DNA from: the human T2T-CHM13v2.0 reference genome, Homo sapiens
DNA: 64,000 bases
NCBI GenBank assembly: GCA_009914755.4
Contig: CP068257.2
Span: forward strand, 42,848,001 to 42,912,000
Direction of reading: 5' to 3'
Shown here: positions 60,233 through 64,000 of the stretch, piece by piece
Numbering within the stretch: the first letter of the stretch is position 1
Layout of the letters: every line of letters begins with the position of its first letter
Translations under genes and position numbers: made by a program
The notes under the pieces: generated by a model
The model's database searches: none
The model's input: the letters and a program-made list of their open reading frames with translations, nothing else
What the model was told of the DNA's origin: nothing

Positions 60233-62762
60233 TCAGAGCCTGAAGTTCAGCCAGAGGTGAGCACTGAGAGCTTCTCAGGTCTTTTCTGAGCTGGTGCCCC
60301 ATCATGGGCATGCGTGGGGGCCTTCTGGACTCCCAAGAGTAAGTGGGATCTCCCACCTCCCTTATTCCTCAAAGCATGTCATCTTCCAGCTTTTCCTCCC
60401 AGGCTTTTTGGGCATGCCCAATGTTTTCTGGCTGATACCTTTGGCCCCAGGTGGCATTGACTGTTTAATGTTCTGACAAAGCCTCAGTGTAGCTGCTCTC
60501 TGCCTTGAGTCTGATTTGGTGAAATAAGGCAAGCCCTGTGTGTTAGTCCTTCAGGGAGCCACCAGATGGGTAGAAACAGACAACTGCACTGCCTTGCAAA
60601 CAAGGTCCCCTCTGCTTCCCTGGCAACAGCATCCCACATCAGAAACTCGGGCTGCTGCCTTCCTGACTGTCACCCAGCTGGGGAGTGGGGGATGGGGCAA
60701 GGGGGAGTTAAAATCCACAAGGTTGTCCTATTGGGTTGTGCTGCTTTTTCTTGATTATGTGTTCCCTTGACTGCTGCAAACCTTCAAGTATTTTCCAGAG
60801 TTCAGATAAAATTGAACTCCACCCCCTTTGTTGGGGTGGGTGGGTGGACGGCAGGTGGGGACGGGAAGGTCTTGGGGAAGCGATGGCGGAGGAAGCCCAG
60901 GACAGTGTGGGACCACGTCCAAACCAGAGGGTGGGAGAACACGTGAACACGTGAACATGAGTGCAGATGGAGCCAGTTTCAAACAGGATTGAACAAATCC
61001 GAGAGTAGACTCCTAGAAATACAACTGCAGAGCCAGGGGACGCTGGCCGGGGACGGTGGGTTTGTTTATTTGGGTTTTGCCAGTTTCTGATGTTCCGTGG
61101 AGGGACAGGCCCTCACAGTTCCCCGCTGCACCATTTCCTCTGACGTCGGTATTCACAGGCACAATTAGGGACCATCTTTGGAGGGCATTTCTCAGTATCT
61201 CTAAGAATTTTAAATCCATGAACACTCTGCACCAGCAATGCCACTTTTAGGAATTTAGGCAAAAATGTACCTGAGTGTGGAAAGGTATATGGTAGAAACA
61301 CCCACAGAGGTGTTAGAGATAGAACTCAGAGTCGTAAGGAAAACGAGCGCTTAGACAAAGGACTTTTTAGCAAAGCAAATTTATCTTTGCGCAGAGAAGT
61401 GCCTCTCACGTGGCCGGTTGCCACGAGAGCACACAGAACAAAGGAGAGTGAAAGTTTTTATTTTTGACGCAAATCCTGCCCCTGTGCCCTTTTTTAACTG
61501 GCTGGGGTCGGACCACACAATCTAAGCTAGACCCGATTGGCTAAACATTTAGGGGAAGGGGTCGTCTGCGGCGAGCTAGAGAGTCAGTCTTTTCTCAAAT
61601 AAGGAAAGGAATGTGAGCTGGTGCTGTGGCATGCCTGGGCGTGTAGGAAAAGCAGAAGGAAAGAAGAAGAAAGACATGGGGAGGGGTACTGGGAATGAAA
61701 CACTAAAGGACTGATCAGGCTGTTTGAAGAGAAACCTTGCCATATCTCACAAGAGGTATCGTTTGTAATAATGAACAACTGGAGAGACAGTCAGGGCCAT
61801 CCACCTGGCGTTGCAGACACCAAGTGCGGCGTGTCCACACTTTGGAACGCTGTACACCTTGCTGAAGAAAACCATGAGAAAATAGTTTTTAAAATCAACC
61901 CGGACAAAAAAAAGAATAATGTGTGCCCCCCGCATTGTGATTGTATAGCTGTGGAGAAGTAAAGACTCAGGGCCTCTTGCGGGCAACGTGGTGACGGTCA
62001 TACCTCGCCAGCATCCCTTGCCTGCATTTGCATTTCTAGGAGTCTATTCTCAGATTTGCTCAATCCTGTTTGAAACCACATCTGGCTACATCTGGACCTG
62101 TGCGTCCATGTGTTACTCTCGCCCTCTGGTCTGCATGTGTCCCCATGCTGTCCTGCACTTCCTCTGCCATTGGGGCCTTGCTGTTCCCACCGGCCCTCCG
62201 CCCACCCAGCCCAGCACACGGAGCTCTGGAGGCCGCGTCTCTGTTCTCTGCTCTGCATCCCAGCTGTAAGCCTGGTGCAGGAACAGAGGGCGCCCCTGAG
62301 CGTATGTGAGTGTGCGCAGGAGGCCAGGATGCCCAAGCTGTCCCTGAGTGGAACTCCCTGAGCGCAGGGACAGCTGGAGCCCAAGTCTCCCGCCGTGTCC
62401 CACCTCCCAGCACAGCTGGGGCCTGCCACCCCCCGGGACAGCCCCAACCCTTGCCATGGGAAGGAGCTGCTTCTACCCGCAGTGCGTGGGGCGTTGGCCT
62501 GAGTCATGTGGTGTCTGTGGGACTCAGCCAATGAACAAGGCTTTTGGGCCCCACAGGACCTGGGAGGGGAGCCGGACAGCAGAACATGCCACGAGGTGGA
62601 CAGGAGCTTCCAGGTGTCACACAAGAGCCCCCCGGGGCCCCCAGCTGGGGAAGTAAAGAGATCCACGGGGCCCAGCCCCCCAGAGCCAGGCCAGGCCCCA
62701 CTCTGCCCCCTCCCGCCCTGGGTGCGGAGAGTCAGCACGGAGTCAGCTGGGGCCGCAGACGC

Positions 62763-62768
62763 TTTATT
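62763..62768 (-). other. KRTAP10-2: Polyadenylation signal AATAAA of the 255-aa KRTAP10 gene
   Basis: tttatt on the plus strand, ~315 nt downstream of the stop at 63082-63084. Confidence 0.6.
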
Positions 62769-63081
62769 GGTGCTCAGAGGCAGAGGGTGACGCTCCTGGG
62801 GGTGAGACCCAGGTCAGGAGGGCCCATCCCCAACCAGCGACCAGCGACCAGCGGAGGGTTGTGGTCTGCAGCCAGGAAGCACCGTGAGGAGAAGCCAGGG
62901 CTCGCCCGCCCGGCGGGAGGTCAGAGAGGAGCCAGTGAGCATCTGAGACCCCGGGGCTGGGCGGCTGTGGCTGGGGCTGCTCCTTCTGTGCTGAGCTGTG
63001 CTGAGGCTGGGTGGGCTGGGAGGTCCAAGGACTGGCAGGGAGGTGGGGCCTGAGCCCGGCTGGCCCTGGGGGACATGGCCA

Positions 63082-63849
63082 TCAGCAGCTAGACTTTTGG
63101 CCTGAGGAAAAGCTGCAGGAGGCTGGGCGGGAGCACACGGGGCGGCAGAGGAGGGACACAGAGGAGGAGGGTCTGCAGCAGGAGGAGGTGCAGCAAGCTG
63201 GCTGGCAGCTAGACTGCTGGCAGCACGGAGAGGAAGCCCCAGAGCAAACAGGTACACAGCAGATGGACTTGCAGCAGACAGGCTTGCAGCAGACGGACAC
63301 ACAGCAGGACTGCTGACACAGGGAGGAGGTGCAGCAAGCCGGCTGGCAGCTAGACTGCTGGCAGCATGAAGAGGATGACTCAGAGCAGGTGGGCACGCAG
63401 CACACAGCTTTGCAGCAGACAGGCACACGGCAGGACTGCTGGCAGGAGGAAGAGGCACAGCAAGCTGGCTGGCAGCTAGACTGCTGGCAGCATGAAGAAG
63501 CCCCACAGCAGACGGGCACACAGCACACAGGCTTGCAGCAGACGGGCACGCAGCAGGCCTGCTGGCAGGGGGAGGAGGTGCAGCAAGCCGGCTGGCAGCT
63601 AGACTGCTGGCAGCACGAGGGCGTGCAGGAGCTGGTGCAGCCTGATTGGCAGGCGCTGGGCTCACAGGCCGCCTGGCAGCAGGGGCTGGACACACAGCTC
63701 ACTGGGGTGCAGACCAGGGTCAGGCAGGGGGCTGGGGCACAGCAGCTGGGGGTGCCGCAGGGGAGCTCACAGCAGCTCTCTGGGCAGTCGTCCACCTGCC
63801 AGGAGTTGGTGCAGGCGCTGGAGCAGATGGACATGGTGGAGGCGGCCAT
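63082..63849 (-). CDS. KRTAP10-2: Keratin-associated protein 10 family member, 255 aa, single exon (most likely KRTAP10-2)
   Basis: A complete ORF from ATG at 63849-63847 to TGA at 63084-63082. The protein is [90 protein letters not shown]... The symbol is assigned from recalled length (255 aa) and its position ~11 kb from the 282-aa paralog. Confidence 0.85.
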   Translation of the reverse strand: MAASTMSICSSACTNSWQVDDCPESCCELPCGTPSCCAPAPCLTLVCTPVSCVSSPCCQAACEPSACQSGCTSSCTPSCCQQSSCQPACCTSSPCQQACCVPVCCKPVCCVPVCCGASSCCQQSSCQPACCASSSCQQSCRVPVCCKAVCCVPTCSESSSSCCQQSSCQPACCTSSLCQQSCCVSVCCKPVCCKSICCVPVCSGASSPCCQQSSCQPACCTSSCCRPSSSVSLLCRPVCSRPASCSFSSGQKSSC

Positions 63850-63881
63850 GCTGGAGTGGGGAGGAGGTGAGCTGGGGGAGG

Positions 63882-63945
63882 TGTGTGAGTGAGTGAGTGT
63901 GTGAGTGAGTGTGTGTGTGAGTGTGTGAGTGAGTGTGTGTGTGAG
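63882..63945. repeat. (GTGAGTGT)n-type repeat forming the 5' leader of the 255-aa KRTAP10 gene
   Basis: gtgtgtgagtgagtgagtgtgtgagtgagtgtgtgtgtgagtgtgtgagtgagtgtgtgtgtgag lies between the ATG and the TATA box. Confidence 0.8.
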
Positions 63946-63962
63946 CCTGTTGGCTGCTGGGG

Positions 63963-63970
63963 CTTTTATA
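63963..63970 (-). promoter_or_regulatory. KRTAP10-2: TATA box (TATAAAAG) of the 255-aa KRTAP10 gene
   Basis: cttttata on the plus strand, ~115 bp upstream of the ATG. This is the same spacing as in the paralog. Confidence 0.7.
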
Positions 63971-64000
63971 TGCCCAGGGCCTGTGTTTTCCCAGCAGGAG

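Overview
This window is human nuclear DNA, not a prokaryotic or accessory-element region. The sequence itself shows it is the chromosome 21q22.3 TSPEAR locus. Ten minus-strand coding exons of TSPEAR can be traced by their splice sites and reading frame. They cover the thrombospondin-N/laminin-G-like region (46316 down to about 40845), all seven EAR repeats, and the stop codon at 12266-12268. The exons for the first ~101 residues were not found in the window. They presumably lie beyond 64000, which places everything above 46316 inside a large TSPEAR intron. Two complete, intronless, cysteine-rich keratin-associated protein genes of the KRTAP10 family lie in that intron on the same strand. One is 282 aa (51692-52540) and the other 255 aa (63082-63849). 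Each has a TATAAAAG box, a 5' leader built from (GTGAGTGT)n-type repeats, and its own AATAAA signal. By length and order they are most likely KRTAP10-1 and KRTAP10-2. The rest is intronic sequence dense in primate repeats: at least 12 Alu copies or fragments, several old L1 fragments in both orientations, and a MaLR-like LTR. There is also an unusual number of tandem arrays. These include a ~1.9 kb 45-bp VNTR ending 11 bp from a splice donor, a 23-bp minisatellite 20 bp from a splice acceptor, a ~2.45 kb degenerate (AGTC)n array, and a four-unit CCAAT plus E-box tandem array. No CRISPR, rRNA or tRNA features were found. Exon boundaries were derived by hand from splice consensus and frame continuity, together with recalled TSPEAR protein sequence. 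They should be confirmed against transcript data.
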